Shown here: one piece after another, positions 9,250 through 19,616 of the stretch
Layout of the letters: each line of letters opens with the position of its first letter
How positions within the stretch are numbered: the first letter of the stretch is position 1
Source of the DNA: a virus
Lineage: Duplodnaviria > Heunggongvirae > Uroviricota > Caudoviricetes
Length of the DNA: 64,000 bases
Virus record (IMG/VR): IMGVR_UViG_3300028888_000051
Coordinates: 99,384-163,383 of that record
Direction: 5' to 3' (one strand)
The notes under the pieces: model-generated
The model's database searches: none
Told to the model about the DNA's origin: nothing
Seen by the model: only the letters and a program-made list of their open reading frames with translations
Made by a program: the position numbers and the translations under genes

Positions 9250-11277
9250 ATGATGACAAAAGATGAGTTTGTAAAGATAGTTAAAAAATTCAATGAAGAT
9301 AAGATAAAATTTAATTGGCAAGAAATAATAAATCAATTTAAAAATTTTACTACACATGTTTATGATAAATATATATTAGATAAACCAAATTATTACACAT
9401 TTAATTCAGGAAAAGAATTTAAATATTGGATTAATCATTCAGATGATTTAAATTTTTGTGAAAATAGATTTTGTCCTATTTGTGGAAAATTTATAACTAA
9501 AATTGTTAGAAAAGATTGGTTTTATGCCAAAGCATGTTGTGAAGAGCATTCTGCACAATTAGCTATCACAAATGCTCAAAAAACAAATATTGAAAGATAT
9601 GGTTATAAAAGTCCAATGTGCAATACTGATGTACAAGAAAAAGTGCATAAAAATTGGAAAAACAAATCTAAAGAAGAAATCGATAATCATGTTAATAAAA
9701 TAAAAAATACTAAATTAAAAATTCACAATGATGAAAATTATAATAATCGAGAATTGGCTAAAGAAACATGTTTAAAAAGATATGGTGTAGAAAATCCATT
9801 ACAAACAGAAAAAATAAGAGAAAAAGTAAAAAATACAAACTTAGAGCGCTATGGAACAATTGCTCCTATACAAAATCCTATAATTAAAGCAAAAATTGAA
9901 AAAACAACAAAAGAACGATATGGCATTTCAAAAATCGGTCATGTAAAAGAAATTAGAAATAAAATAAATAATACAATGAATGAAAAATATGGAGGCAGTG
10001 GCTTAAAAAGTAATGTTATCAAAGAAAAAATAAAAAATACAAACTTAGAGCGCTATGGAGTTCCTTATCCGACTCTAGATTTAGAAATAATGAAAAAAGC
10101 TAGACAAACATGTATTAAAAAATATAATTCAAAGTATCCTCTTCAAAATAAGGATATATATCATAAAACAATTAAAGCAAAAAAAGAAAATGGTACACTT
10201 AATACATCACATAATTTTGAAGATATGCTTATACAATATCTAAAAGATACTTATCCACAATATACTATTTTAACACAATATAATGAAGATCCACGCTATC
10301 CATATATGTGTGACTGCTATATAAAAGAACTAGACTTATTTATTGAGTTTCAGGGCTCATATTTTCACAACTGGAGGCCTTTTGATTATTCTGTCACTCA
10401 CATTAAAGAATATGAAGAAATGATTACTCATGGAGGCCAAAAAGAGACCATAGCAAATGTTTGGCGTTACAAAGATACTGAGAAGCGTGAATGTGCCAAA
10501 AGAAATAATCTAAATTATCTTGAATATTGGGAAAAATTAATAATTTTACCAGAAGAAATTCGAAATAATCAAAATAATTTAATTTTATATTATCAGCAAA
10601 AGTTATTTTATGCAAAAAACAGAGAAGAATTATTTGATCCAATTAAAAGATGGGAATATTATAAAAATGCTATTGAATATAGTAATTTTTATAAAAATCA
10701 TAGTTATGTATCACATTTAACTCTTTTACGTAGACCTTATTTTTTACATCAAATTGGTTATTCTTCATTTAATATCAAACTTTGTGAATTTATTGATAAA
10801 AAATATACTATATATGATCCTTGTGGTGGATGGGGACATAGATTATTAGGCTTTAAAAATCATAAAAACTATATTTATAATGATATTAGTTTACCTACTT
10901 TACTCAACTGTAAAAAATTAGCAAAAGACCAAAATATTGTTAATTGTAAGTTTTATAATCAGGATGCCGCTTTACCAATAAAAGATGAATATGATATAGT
11001 ATTTACATGTCCACCGTATTTTAATAAAGAAATTTTTACAAAAGCTGGAGCTGAAAATTATACTGAAGAACAATTTATAAAATGGTGGAATAAAGTATTA
11101 AATAACTTAAAACCAAAAACTGGTGAAATTTATATAGTAATAAATTCAAACTATTTAAAGTATTTTGTATCTAATGATTATAAATATGAAATAGTAAATA
11201 CATCTTTACGTAAATCTCATTATCATAAAAACACAAAAGAGTCAAGTGAAATTATAGTTAAATTCATCAAGTTCTAA
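9250..11277 (+). mobile_element. Homing-endonuclease-like protein (CPIC, K/R-YG repeats, PD-(D/E)xK/Vsr-like nuclease) fused to an amino-DNA methyltransferase
   Basis: Repeats TNxERYG; DCYIKELDLFIEFQGSYFH; MTase motif I YDPCGGWG and motif IV FTCPPYF. Confidence 0.75.
9827..10059 (+). repeat. 29-bp exact direct repeat inside the coding repeats
   Basis: TAAAAAATACAAACTTAGAGCGCTATGGA at 9827-9855 and 10031-10059 (KNTNLERYG). Confidence 0.9.
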
Positions 11278-11282
11278 TTATC

Positions 11283-11444
11283 ATGAAAGAATCTACTAAA
11301 GAAAAATTAGAAATATTAGATACAATTCTTAATATAATCCTTTCTATTGGAGCAATAATAGGATTTATTCTTACATATAAGTCTGGATTTTTTCATAAAT
11401 TACATAAAGTAATTGCTTATTTTCATAATCAGATAGATTTATAA
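11283..11444 (+). CDS. 53-aa single-TM peptide (absent from the ORF track)
   Basis: MKESTKEKLEILDTILNIILSIGAIIGFILTYKSGFFHKLHKVIAYFHNQIDL. Confidence 0.5.
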   Translation: MKESTKEKLEILDTILNIILSIGAIIGFILTYKSGFFHKLHKVIAYFHNQIDL

Positions 11445-11560
11445 TATTCTGGTTTATTTTTTTGTCTATTTATAAAAATTTGGTTTAATATTATACTTTT
11501 GTATAAGTCTTTGTCTATTTATAAACATATCTATTTGATCTGAAATATAATCATATAATA

Positions 11561-11589
11561 ATTATATAAATACAATTTAATAAAGTAAA
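11561..11589 (-). promoter_or_regulatory. Orphan sigma70-like promoter TTTACT-N17-TATAAT
   Basis: -35 at 11589-11584, -10 at 11566-11561; only very short ORFs downstream. Confidence 0.55.
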
Positions 11590-11596
11590 ACTATAT

Positions 11597-12766
11597 TTAT
11601 CTATTATGTTTAGATTTATTGTTTATAATAAATTTATCTGATAATTTATTATTACCTTTAAAATATAATTGTCTATCTTTTTTAATTTCTTCGTCATTAG
11701 TTACATAAATTCTAGAAACATCTGTTACTCCGTATTTATCATTAACATAAAATAATGTTTGTGATGGATAAGCTGGCTCTAATTTTAAATCTCTGGCATA
11801 TTGTGAATAACCAACAGTAGTTCCATTAGCTATAGTATGTTCTAATTGCATCGGAGTATGAAAATGTCCTATTAATAACCAATCTATTGGTTTACCTATT
11901 TGTGCATAAGCTTGACGGGTTTTATGTTGACCTCTAGCGATTGTTGCAGAACAGCCAATAAAACCTTGCCCACCTCTACTTCCTATTCTATCACCATGAG
12001 TTGCAAGAAAATTATGACCATTTAATTCAAAATAGGCTTCACCAGATTTTGGAGTGTAAAAAGTAATGTTTTTGTTATCTTCTAATTGTTTTTGTACTAT
12101 AGCTGCAACTAATGAATCATAATTATGTTCACTAAGGCCTTTAGATTGTGGTTTTTTAGTTGTTCTTCCATGATTACCCATTACAGAAATAACCCAAACT
12201 TTATTAAATTCTTTTTCAAAGGTTTTTATCATTTTTACTTTTTCTGTAGCAACTTCCATACATGCATTTATTGGAGTTTTATCATTAGTTTCTTTTAATT
12301 CATCATGTATATCACCAGAAATATCATCACCTAAAAAACAAACAACTATTCCTTTATTAATTTTACCTTTTGCTCTAATTTTTTGTATAGTGTTATTTAT
12401 TAATCTATCCCATCTAGCCTTTGCTACTTCTGGTGAATAACAATTACCATTTGGTACTTCTCTTGGATTAACATTTTCACCATAGTGTAAATCAGAAACT
12501 ATTAATACAGGTATACTATTTGAAGTACTATTTTCATTTTCTATTGGAATAGTCCATTCAGGAATAATGGGATCTGTTGTAACAAGACCTAATGTTTCAT
12601 CTAGTCTAATATTTAATTTTGCAATTTCTTGTTGAGCTTTTGCATAATCTTTTAATAATTTATTTAATTTATTTTTATAAATTTCAAGATATATATTATC
12701 TTTATCTGAAAGTTTTTCAATTGTTTCCTCTACTTTTTTTTCAAAATTTTTTTCATCAAATGCCAT
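11597..12766 (-). CDS. Calcineurin-like metallophosphoesterase with N-terminal coiled coil
   Basis: SDLHYG, LGDDISG, GNHG, THGD, GHFH motifs. Confidence 0.85.
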   Translation of the reverse strand: MAFDEKNFEKKVEETIEKLSDKDNIYLEIYKNKLNKLLKDYAKAQQEIAKLNIRLDETLGLVTTDPIIPEWTIPIENENSTSNSIPVLIVSDLHYGENVNPREVPNGNCYSPEVAKARWDRLINNTIQKIRAKGKINKGIVVCFLGDDISGDIHDELKETNDKTPINACMEVATEKVKMIKTFEKEFNKVWVISVMGNHGRTTKKPQSKGLSEHNYDSLVAAIVQKQLEDNKNITFYTPKSGEAYFELNGHNFLATHGDRIGSRGGQGFIGCSATIARGQHKTRQAYAQIGKPIDWLLIGHFHTPMQLEHTIANGTTVGYSQYARDLKLEPAYPSQTLFYVNDKYGVTDVSRIYVTNDEEIKKDRQLYFKGNNKLSDKFIINNKSKHNR

Positions 12767-12953
12767 TTCATTTCCATTTAAAAAAATTTAGGTAAATTAG
12801 ATGAATTTCATTAATTAGAACAGGATAAAAAAATATTCAATTTGATATCCCTATTAGTATAATTTTATAATATATTCATATGTTTTTAGTTCTAAGTTCT
12901 ATATTTATAAGAATAATAGTTTCCTCATAATATAAATCATATATGTATATAAA

Positions 12954-13562
12954 ATGCTAGGTAAATTAAATGAAATTAGAGCATTACAGGATCCTGTAAA
13001 ACAATCACAATGTGAATTTGTAATACAAGATACTCCTGGTTTGCTTTTGAGTAAATTAGAACAGAAAATTGTAGGTACTTTGTCTGGTAATAAGGCTTGT
13101 GCATCATCGCGTGAGTTAAGATTACGCTGTACTTCTTATTCTTATCCTGGTCCAAAAATTGGTCAAACTTCTTTAAACATTATGGGACATAGACGTAAAT
13201 TAGGTACTATACAAAATAAATCTGGAATATGGAAATGTAAAGTTACAGAAGATTATCAAGGCTCTGTACTTAATGTAATTCAGGCATGGTGTGATTTGAT
13301 TTTTTCAAATGTTACTGGAACTAGATTACCATCTATATTATATGTTACTTCTTGCAATGTATTACTTGGCGGTAGTACAGAAGGTGGTAAAGTAAGAGAT
13401 AGTAATTTAAAAAGACGTTCAATACATCTTATGGGATTTTATCCAATAGGTTATACAGTAAATGAAATAGATCCATCTAGCTCTAATCCAATAGATGTTG
13501 ATATTGAATTTAACTATGATTATTATGCCGATAACAATTATAATCTTTTATCACACTTTTAG
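12954..13562 (+). CDS. Tail tube protein (gp19-like)
   Basis: LRLRCTSYSYPG..IGQT..LGT..WKCKVTED..IQAW..GFYP..DIEFNYDY; first gene of the tail/baseplate operon. Confidence 0.7.
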   Translation: MLGKLNEIRALQDPVKQSQCEFVIQDTPGLLLSKLEQKIVGTLSGNKACASSRELRLRCTSYSYPGPKIGQTSLNIMGHRRKLGTIQNKSGIWKCKVTEDYQGSVLNVIQAWCDLIFSNVTGTRLPSILYVTSCNVLLGGSTEGGKVRDSNLKRRSIHLMGFYPIGYTVNEIDPSSSNPIDVDIEFNYDYYADNNYNLLSHF

Positions 13563-13577
13563 AAAGGAAAGTTAAAA

Positions 13578-14231
13578 ATGTATGGTTATATTTATAAAAT
13601 TACAGTTAATGATTCGAGTAGTACATTATATAATTGTTATTATATAGGTAGGCATGTTTCAAAAAAGTTTGATGATGGTTATTATGGTAGTGGAGTAATA
13701 ATAAAAGATTATATAAATAAAAAAGGAACAGATTTTTTAAAAAAAGATATACTATGTATATGTGAATCAGAAAACGAATTAAATGAAAAAGAATTAAAAA
13801 GTATTGGAAATTTATATCAAACTGATTCTTATTTTAATGGTGGCAAATGTTTGAATATGAAAGCTGGTGGTGATTGTGGATTAGCTAATGATGAAGCTAA
13901 ACGCAAAATGTCAATAGCTACATCTGGTTCAAATAATGGATTTTATGGTAAACATCATTCTCAACAGTTAAAAGACTATTATTCTGAATTATTTAATGGT
14001 GAAAATAATCCAATGTATGGTAAACATCATTCCCAAGAAGCTAAAAATAAAATTCGTAATTCTCATTTAGGTACAAAACATACTCAAGAAACTATTATAA
14101 AATATAGAAATATTCGTCAGGGCTTGCATTGGTGGCATAAAGGATATGAACAAAAATTTTGTAAAGAATGTCCAGGTAAAGATTGGAAAAAAGGACGTTC
14201 TTTTATTAAAAAAGTAACAATAGAGGAGTAA
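13578..14231 (+). mobile_element. GIY-YIG homing endonuclease with two NUMOD3-type repeats
   Basis: GYIYKIT..YYIGRH..YYGSG; FYGKHHS and MYGKHHS. Confidence 0.9.
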
Positions 14232-14236
14232 AACCG

Positions 14237-14971
14237 TTGGCTTTAAGATTTCAAACGGCAATGCAAGTAGAAGCTTTACCTGATGAAGCTATTGATAGTA
14301 CTTTTGAATGTATTATGCCAAAAATTGATATTGCTAATCCTTATTCTAGTATTACTAATGGTGGTTTATTAAGTATGTTTAGTTCAAGCTTAACTTCTTA
14401 TCAACCAATTGTAGAAGAAATTGTTTTTGGTGTAACAAATTTTAAAACTAATACTAGACGTGTACGTACAATGTGGTGTAATGTACCAGAAGATATAGAA
14501 AACTATCATGATGCTTCAATAACATTTTTTGTTTCTGCAAATATGCTTACTCAGTATTATTTAGCGGCATGGAGAAGTTTAGTATATAATGAAGAAGGTG
14601 AATATTATAATCCTATGTCTGTATATAAAAAGAATATTGAAGTATTTATATATGGACCAGGTAATGTTAGTATTCCTGGTATTGCAGCTGCACATTTTAC
14701 ATTAAAAGGATGCTGGCCAGCAACACAAGATAATTATCGTTTAGAATATAAAGATGATCCACAACGTATGCGTATTACTGCACAGTTTAAAGTCGATAAA
14801 GTAATGTATAATGGTATGACTGCTAAAACAGCGATGCTTAGTGAATTAGTTACTTCACCAACATCTATTTTAGATAAAGCTACAACTATGTTATTTAATG
14901 AAAGTTCTAATTATAGTACTTATGATACTTATGGTTACACAGGTATAGAAAACGATATAAACACTAGATAA
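14237..14971 (+). CDS. Second tube-fold protein (gp54/gp19-like baseplate-tube initiator), TTG start
   Basis: YYLAAWRSLVY..YKKNIEV..FTLKGCWP..ITAQFKVD. Confidence 0.55.
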   Translation: MALRFQTAMQVEALPDEAIDSTFECIMPKIDIANPYSSITNGGLLSMFSSSLTSYQPIVEEIVFGVTNFKTNTRRVRTMWCNVPEDIENYHDASITFFVSANMLTQYYLAAWRSLVYNEEGEYYNPMSVYKKNIEVFIYGPGNVSIPGIAAAHFTLKGCWPATQDNYRLEYKDDPQRMRITAQFKVDKVMYNGMTAKTAMLSELVTSPTSILDKATTMLFNESSNYSTYDTYGYTGIENDINTR

Positions 14972-14992
14972 ATTTAAAAAGGAGAAATAAAA

Positions 14993-15730
14993 ATGGCATT
15001 TGAATATTATGCAGTAGATTTACCAGGAAAAATTCTTTATCCTAAGGAATTCGGTGCAAGTATAAGACGTATAACACCAATTGAACAAAAATATATTTTG
15101 AGTTTATCTCAAAAGCAACAACGTACAAATAGAGATTATATTGAATTTCTAAAAAAATTAGTTACTTTTGATAATCCAGAGATGACTTTTGAACAATTAT
15201 ATTGGTTTGATGTTCAATATTTACTTTATAAAATACGTTTTACTACTTATGAAAAACATCCAATTAAATTAGTATTTAAATGTGATGAAGAAGGATGTAA
15301 TGAAGAAATAAATGTAAATTTAAATATTGGTGATATTGTTCCAACAGAAGCATCTGATATTAAAGGTTTAGTTACTGGTATTCATTTGGATAATCTTGGT
15401 GATTCACCTATCCGTCAAAAAGTTATGGGTGATGATTTAGTAATAGACGAATTTAGTAAAAAGCATCCAGAAATTGACATTAATGATATTCAAACACGTT
15501 TGTTATTATTAGATTTGTGTTTAATTTCAAACGGACGTACTTTGGATGAAATGTGGACATTAGCTGGAGATGGAACTTTAACAGCAGAAGATATTGATAA
15601 AATTGAAAATTGGTTTGCAAAAACTATCTGGGGTGTTAAAGAAGAAGTATTAGTTACATGTCCTAAATGTGGAAAGGAGAGCTCACGTGCTTATGTTTTA
15701 GCATTAGAGGACTTTTTTTCCGCTATTTGA
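14993..15730 (+). CDS. Tail/baseplate-hub assembly chaperone (gp26-like)
   Basis: CDEEGC and CPKCG pairs; ends LEDFFSAI; AAGGAG RBS. Confidence 0.7.
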   Translation: MAFEYYAVDLPGKILYPKEFGASIRRITPIEQKYILSLSQKQQRTNRDYIEFLKKLVTFDNPEMTFEQLYWFDVQYLLYKIRFTTYEKHPIKLVFKCDEEGCNEEINVNLNIGDIVPTEASDIKGLVTGIHLDNLGDSPIRQKVMGDDLVIDEFSKKHPEIDINDIQTRLLLLDLCLISNGRTLDEMWTLAGDGTLTAEDIDKIENWFAKTIWGVKEEVLVTCPKCGKESSRAYVLALEDFFSAI

Positions 15731-15905
15731 TTTGAATGATATTCTTGAACGTGAATGGTGGTTAATGCATCATCTCAATTTAGGTTATCAAGATATTTGT
15801 TCAATGCCATGGGAATATTTTGAGTGGTTTTATAATAGACATACTCAACATCTAATTGATTTAGAAAAAGCAAAGAGTGGACAACAACAGGTTGATCTTG
15901 GATAA
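15708..15905 (+). CDS. gp51/gpT-like chaperone extension in the +1 frame (absent from the ORF track)
   Basis: RTFFPLFDLNDILEREWWLMHHLNLGYQDICSMPWEYFEWFYNRHTQHL..; overlaps a T7 run; lies directly before the tape measure gene. Confidence 0.75.
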   Translation, partial: RTFFPLFDLNDILEREWWLMHHLNLGYQDICSMPWEYFEWFYNRHTQHLIDLEKAKSGQQQVDLG

Positions 15906-15910
15906 CAAAA

Positions 15911-18433
15911 ATGAAAAGTAATAAAACTGGCAAAATTGAATTCACTGAAAATAAAGCTAATAATAGTGATGCTAAATTATTAGCTGCTATTGTTAGTCTT
16001 AATAATGTATTAGATAAAAATTTTAAGACATTATCTAATGCATTAAAAGAATCTTCTAAATCAAAAGCAAAGAATATTGATAATGATATTAAAAAAATTA
16101 AATTAGAAAAAGAAAAAGCCTCTGCTATTTATCAGTTAAAAATGCAGAAATTGCAAGAAAAAAATCTCGAACAACGTGTACAATATGCAAAAGAACTTTA
16201 TAAACAAGCATCTAATAATAAAACAAATAGTACAAGTAGTTTAATTTCTGCACCGTCTAGAATTTATAATAATATTAAAAGTCAAGGAAGTAATGCAGGT
16301 TCAGCTCTAGCTTTATCTTTAATGACTGGAGGTATTATTAATCCTGTAATAGCTAAAGAATTTGGTTTAGATAAAATAATTACAGCTACAACTAAATTTG
16401 GTGGTAGAGTAGTTGGTAAAATTGCAGATACTGCATGGAATATGACAGGCGGTTTAGCTTGGAATAATCTTAAACAGCCTTTTACAAATCCTAATTCACA
16501 ACTTAGATTAGGGATATCTAAAGGTAATACTAAAATATCTAATATGTTTTCTAATCCATTTTCTAAAGATGATGATTTAGATGGTAAACAAGCGGGAGCA
16601 ATAGCAAAAGATAAAGATAAATTAGCCAAAATAGAAAAAAATACACAAGACATGGTTAATTTATTATCTAAACCAAAAGATCAAATTAAAACAGAAGAAA
16701 AAGAAAAGAAAAAAAGTCTCTTAGATAAAATTTTTGAAGCGATAGGAGGTATGGGATTAATTCTTAAAGGTGCCGCAGTTGCTGCTATTCCATATGTTAT
16801 TAAAGAATTTTTACCAAAGGCGACTGCGTGGTTAGACGAAAAATTTAAAGGATTTTTAACCGGTACTGTCGGATTATCTAAAGGTGGAGCTGAAGTAGCA
16901 AGTCAATTAGTTAAAGATGCTTTACCTGGTGCTCTATTTGGTCTTACTGTTGGTGGTATAAAAGGTGCTATTGTTGGTGGTATATTAGGTATAATAGGTA
17001 ATAAACTTGGTCAATGGACAGCTAATATAACTAATTGGTTGACTGAAAAGGGTGTTGATCCAACCAAAGCGTTTTTTACAGCATTAGGTTTAGAAGGAAT
17101 TACTTTAGCTGGAAGTATAATTGGAATTAAAAAAGGTCTAGGTGCTTTAGGTATTGGCATCAGTAAAGCAGGAAATATAATAAGTGATACTGCTACCTCA
17201 GTAGCAAATAAAGCTAAATCTAGTTTGATATCTAAACTTGGTGATGCAGGAAAAGCCTTAAAGGATTTTTCAATTAAAATTGGTAGTGTAGCTCTAGACT
17301 TAACTAAAAAAACTGGAAAATTTGTTATTTCAAATTTAAAAACTGTAGGTGGAGCATTAAGTAAATTAGGTGGAGCAGCTCTAAGAATGGCTGGACCTTT
17401 AGCTTTATATGCCGGAGCTTTAAGTGCTGGTTATGGTTTAGGAAAGTTACTTGGATTAGATGATGAAAATTCTTATTTAGGTTCAAAAGTAGCTAAAGCT
17501 GGTGAATGGGTTGGTGATAAAGCACATAGTATTTATAAGTGGTGGAAAGGTGATGAAGGCGATATATCAAAATTATCACCAGAAGAATTAAATAAAATTC
17601 GAGCTACTAATGGTCTTAAATTAGATGAAAATAAAAAAGATTTAAATGGTGGAGGCTATGGTACTTTAGGTAATATTAGTAATAATGGTATACTTCATGG
17701 AACTAAAGTAACTGGTCTTAAAGATATGGGATTAAAAGGAAGTGTTGTTTCTTCTAATAGTATTCCATATATCGCGTCTCAAAATGAACAATCATTAAAA
17801 ACTTTAGATCAAACTTTATCAGATTGGGGCTACGAAGTTGTCTATACTTCTGCAATGGGTGGTCATAGAGCATATACTGGACACTGGAAAGGTAATAAAG
17901 TAGATTTACAATTAAAGAAAAATGGTAAACCTACACATTTGTCTTCTAGACAATTAAATATGCTCGGTCAAGCAGGTTATTGGGGAAGAGGTACAGGTGC
18001 TTTAGGATGGGAACCTGTTTCTGGTCAAGTTGGTGGTGGTCACTATGATTTATTTATTGGTAGTAGTAATAGCGGTACAGTTTTAGCATCAGCGGCAAAC
18101 ATTAAATTACCTACAAATGATATGCCAACATCACAAGAAACTCAAGTATTTGCAATGAATGATATGGCAGAAACTACACAAGCAAATGCAGAAAATATAG
18201 CTAATTCAAATGATAGTATTTTGGGTATGTTAGATAATATGAATACTAATATTGCAAGTAGTAATTCTATCGGTAGAATAGGTAATATAGGACAAGCTAT
18301 TGATATTTCAATACCTTCTACACCAGGTATATCTGTTTCTTCTAATACAACACAAGGTGGTGGCGGAAGTCAAACAGGTAATGTTTATGCATTTGGTGAT
18401 GTAGCTAAAACACCTATATTATATACATTATAA
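15911..18433 (+). CDS. Tape measure protein with C-terminal M15-type metallopeptidase domain
   Basis: Coiled-coil N-terminus, long Gly/Ala/Leu-rich region, then TSAMGGH..GHWKGNKVD (H-x6-D)..GGGHYD. Confidence 0.7.
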   Translation: MKSNKTGKIEFTENKANNSDAKLLAAIVSLNNVLDKNFKTLSNALKESSKSKAKNIDNDIKKIKLEKEKASAIYQLKMQKLQEKNLEQRVQYAKELYKQASNNKTNSTSSLISAPSRIYNNIKSQGSNAGSALALSLMTGGIINPVIAKEFGLDKIITATTKFGGRVVGKIADTAWNMTGGLAWNNLKQPFTNPNSQLRLGISKGNTKISNMFSNPFSKDDDLDGKQAGAIAKDKDKLAKIEKNTQDMVNLLSKPKDQIKTEEKEKKKSLLDKIFEAIGGMGLILKGAAVAAIPYVIKEFLPKATAWLDEKFKGFLTGTVGLSKGGAEVASQLVKDALPGALFGLTVGGIKGAIVGGILGIIGNKLGQWTANITNWLTEKGVDPTKAFFTALGLEGITLAGSIIGIKKGLGALGIGISKAGNIISDTATSVANKAKSSLISKLGDAGKALKDFSIKIGSVALDLTKKTGKFVISNLKTVGGALSKLGGAALRMAGPLALYAGALSAGYGLGKLLGLDDENSYLGSKVAKAGEWVGDKAHSIYKWWKGDEGDISKLSPEELNKIRATNGLKLDENKKDLNGGGYGTLGNISNNGILHGTKVTGLKDMGLKGSVVSSNSIPYIASQNEQSLKTLDQTLSDWGYEVVYTSAMGGHRAYTGHWKGNKVDLQLKKNGKPTHLSSRQLNMLGQAGYWGRGTGALGWEPVSGQVGGGHYDLFIGSSNSGTVLASAANIKLPTNDMPTSQETQVFAMNDMAETTQANAENIANSNDSILGMLDNMNTNIASSNSIGRIGNIGQAIDISIPSTPGISVSSNTTQGGGGSQTGNVYAFGDVAKTPILYTL

Positions 18434-18470
18434 AGTTCTAAGATATAAAGAAAAATAGGAAAATTTTAAA

Positions 18471-19610
18471 ATGGCCTTAGATTTACCAGAAAATTTATCA
18501 AAATATGCTCCAAATCAGACAAAACAAAGTGATGTTGTTTCAATTGGTAATGATTTTGATAAAATATATGCAGATTTATTAAATAATCAAGGAAAAGGTA
18601 TTCATTATCATAAGTCATTAGATTTTTCTAATGTTGGTATGCCAACTATAGCAAGTAAAGCTGGTACAGATGGTGTAAAATATTTACGACAATTTCATCA
18701 AACACGATTATATATTCAAGATTATGGCGGAATATTACGTCATGGTAAACAAGATTCTGCTATTAAAAGTGAAACATATCTTGTATCAGCAAATCTTCCA
18801 GAACAATTTTCTTATAGCATAGGTTCAGAATGGTCTCAACCTTTTGGAAGTTTTACTAGTGATAAAATTAATGCTCTTTTACAAATGGGTGGTTCACAAT
18901 TATTAAATGATATAAGTGGTACTAATTATGGAGATAAATATAAATCAACAACTGCACGTATATCAACAATAATGGCTTGGAATGGTTCAAAACCATTATC
19001 ATTAAGTTTACGTATACCTGTTATTGATGATGGACATCCAAATGAATCTACTACTGGTTCTGGATTAAGAACTAATTTAGTAGAAGCACTTGAATTTTTA
19101 GGATCATTATGTTTACCAAAGCAAGGAACAGGTATGTTAGGATTTTATGAACCACCACCTTCTCCTTATGACTTTAATTTTACATATAAAGATAGCAAAG
19201 GTGATTCTAAAACAATTACAGCTAAAGGAAATGGTAATCATGCAAGAATATTACTTCAATTAGGAGGAATATTACTTGTAGATAATGTTATTATAAAAGG
19301 TATTCATGTAGATTATCCTAATACGAAAACTATGATACGTCACTGGTATAAAGAACCTTCAACAAATGCTGGAGCTAAAGGATCATCATATTTAACACCT
19401 TTATTAGCTAATGTTACTATTGATATTACAACTTCTGAAGCTCTTACAGCTAATACTTATAGTAAAATGTTATGGCTTAAAACTCAAGAAGATCAAGGTT
19501 CATTTAGTGGAAGTGAAGCCGAAATGAGACAAGAACAATCTGAAGCAGTCAATTTCTTTAAAGGTGTGTGGAATAAAGGCAAAGATATATGGAAAGATGG
19601 AATGGGATAG
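18471..19610 (+). CDS. Baseplate tube-cap-like protein (gp48-like)
   Basis: LPEQFSYSIGSEW..WNGSKPLSLSL..VIIKGIHVDY..ANVTIDITT; position in operon. Confidence 0.5.
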   Translation: MALDLPENLSKYAPNQTKQSDVVSIGNDFDKIYADLLNNQGKGIHYHKSLDFSNVGMPTIASKAGTDGVKYLRQFHQTRLYIQDYGGILRHGKQDSAIKSETYLVSANLPEQFSYSIGSEWSQPFGSFTSDKINALLQMGGSQLLNDISGTNYGDKYKSTTARISTIMAWNGSKPLSLSLRIPVIDDGHPNESTTGSGLRTNLVEALEFLGSLCLPKQGTGMLGFYEPPPSPYDFNFTYKDSKGDSKTITAKGNGNHARILLQLGGILLVDNVIIKGIHVDYPNTKTMIRHWYKEPSTNAGAKGSSYLTPLLANVTIDITTSEALTANTYSKMLWLKTQEDQGSFSGSEAEMRQEQSEAVNFFKGVWNKGKDIWKDGMG

Positions 19611-19616
19611 TTTAAA

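Noticed and set aside
1056-14231. Group I introns or inteins around the three endonuclease ORFs
   Set aside because: Flanking terminator, sheath and tube genes look complete; spacers are too short for a ribozyme; no intein motifs seen
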